The notes beneath the pieces were generated by a model that saw only the letters and a list, made by a program, of their open reading frames with translations, searched no databases and was not told the DNA's origin. A DNA stretch of 63,561 nt, counting the filler, from Choristocarpus tenellus KU-1152 (Eukaryota; Protista; Phaeophyceae), in assembly GCA_964200185.2 (NCBI GenBank). It is 10 parts of 10 records of this genome, joined end to end, with 100 filler letters (N's around TTAATTAATTAA, not from the genome) between each part and the next. Parts side by side here need not be neighbours in the genome. Positions count along the whole stretch, not along the records: positions 60,950 to 63,561 come from CAXNAD020026285.1; 9 more parts are not named here. One strand, written 5' to 3'. This document shows, piece by piece, positions 63,379 to 63,561 of this stretch. The stretch's first letter is position 1, and every line of letters begins with the position of its first letter. The position numbers and the translations under genes are program-made.

Positions 63379-63561
63379 AAATTCCAGACTATCGTAGGGA
63401 GCTACCAAGAATCCTAAGTGTTGAGGTGATCACTGAGTAGTCTCTCCAGTTTGAAGAGAGGCGGCAGGACCTCCATGTTACGGTCGCCCCTGAAAGCTTA
63501 CCTCCACAGGATGTATAGCTCCAATCTACGGGCCTATAGATGATACTGATGCACGTATAGG

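Overview
This is not one locus. It is ten eukaryotic contigs (1-10380, 10481-16175, 16276-26120, 26221-34699, 34800-42357, 42458-46742, 46843-50428, 50529-57758, 57859-60849, 60950-63561) joined by artificial 100-nt N44-TTAATTAATTAA-N44 spacers. The genome is intron-rich and repeat-rich, with scattered TTAGGG. A stramenopile such as a brown alga or relative is a guess only. Spliced genes read by eye: SPT5 (5' part), WDR59/SEA3 (3' part), a Cramped/TKI1-like protein, a sugar-porter MFS (3' end), a gelsolin/villin-like gene with a damaged 5' part, a small TM + coiled-coil gene head-to-head with SPT5, and a short Sfi1-repeat-like 3' end. The dominant feature is a DNA-transposon system. It comprises 13 full copies and one half copy of a ~245-260 bp MITE (GAG...CTC ends, 3-4 bp TSD, central palindrome) and G-run-containing sister MITEs that share the AAAGTATCT terminal and GTCCATTTGG subterminal motifs. 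It also includes a decayed, five-exon Sola-like DDE transposase gene that the ORF track does not show and that is itself hit by one of the MITEs. Also present: an internally deleted Ty1/copia element, Tc1/mariner and possible hAT remnants, a ~78-bp tandem array and several minisatellites. All family assignments come from motif recognition by eye; no searches were run.
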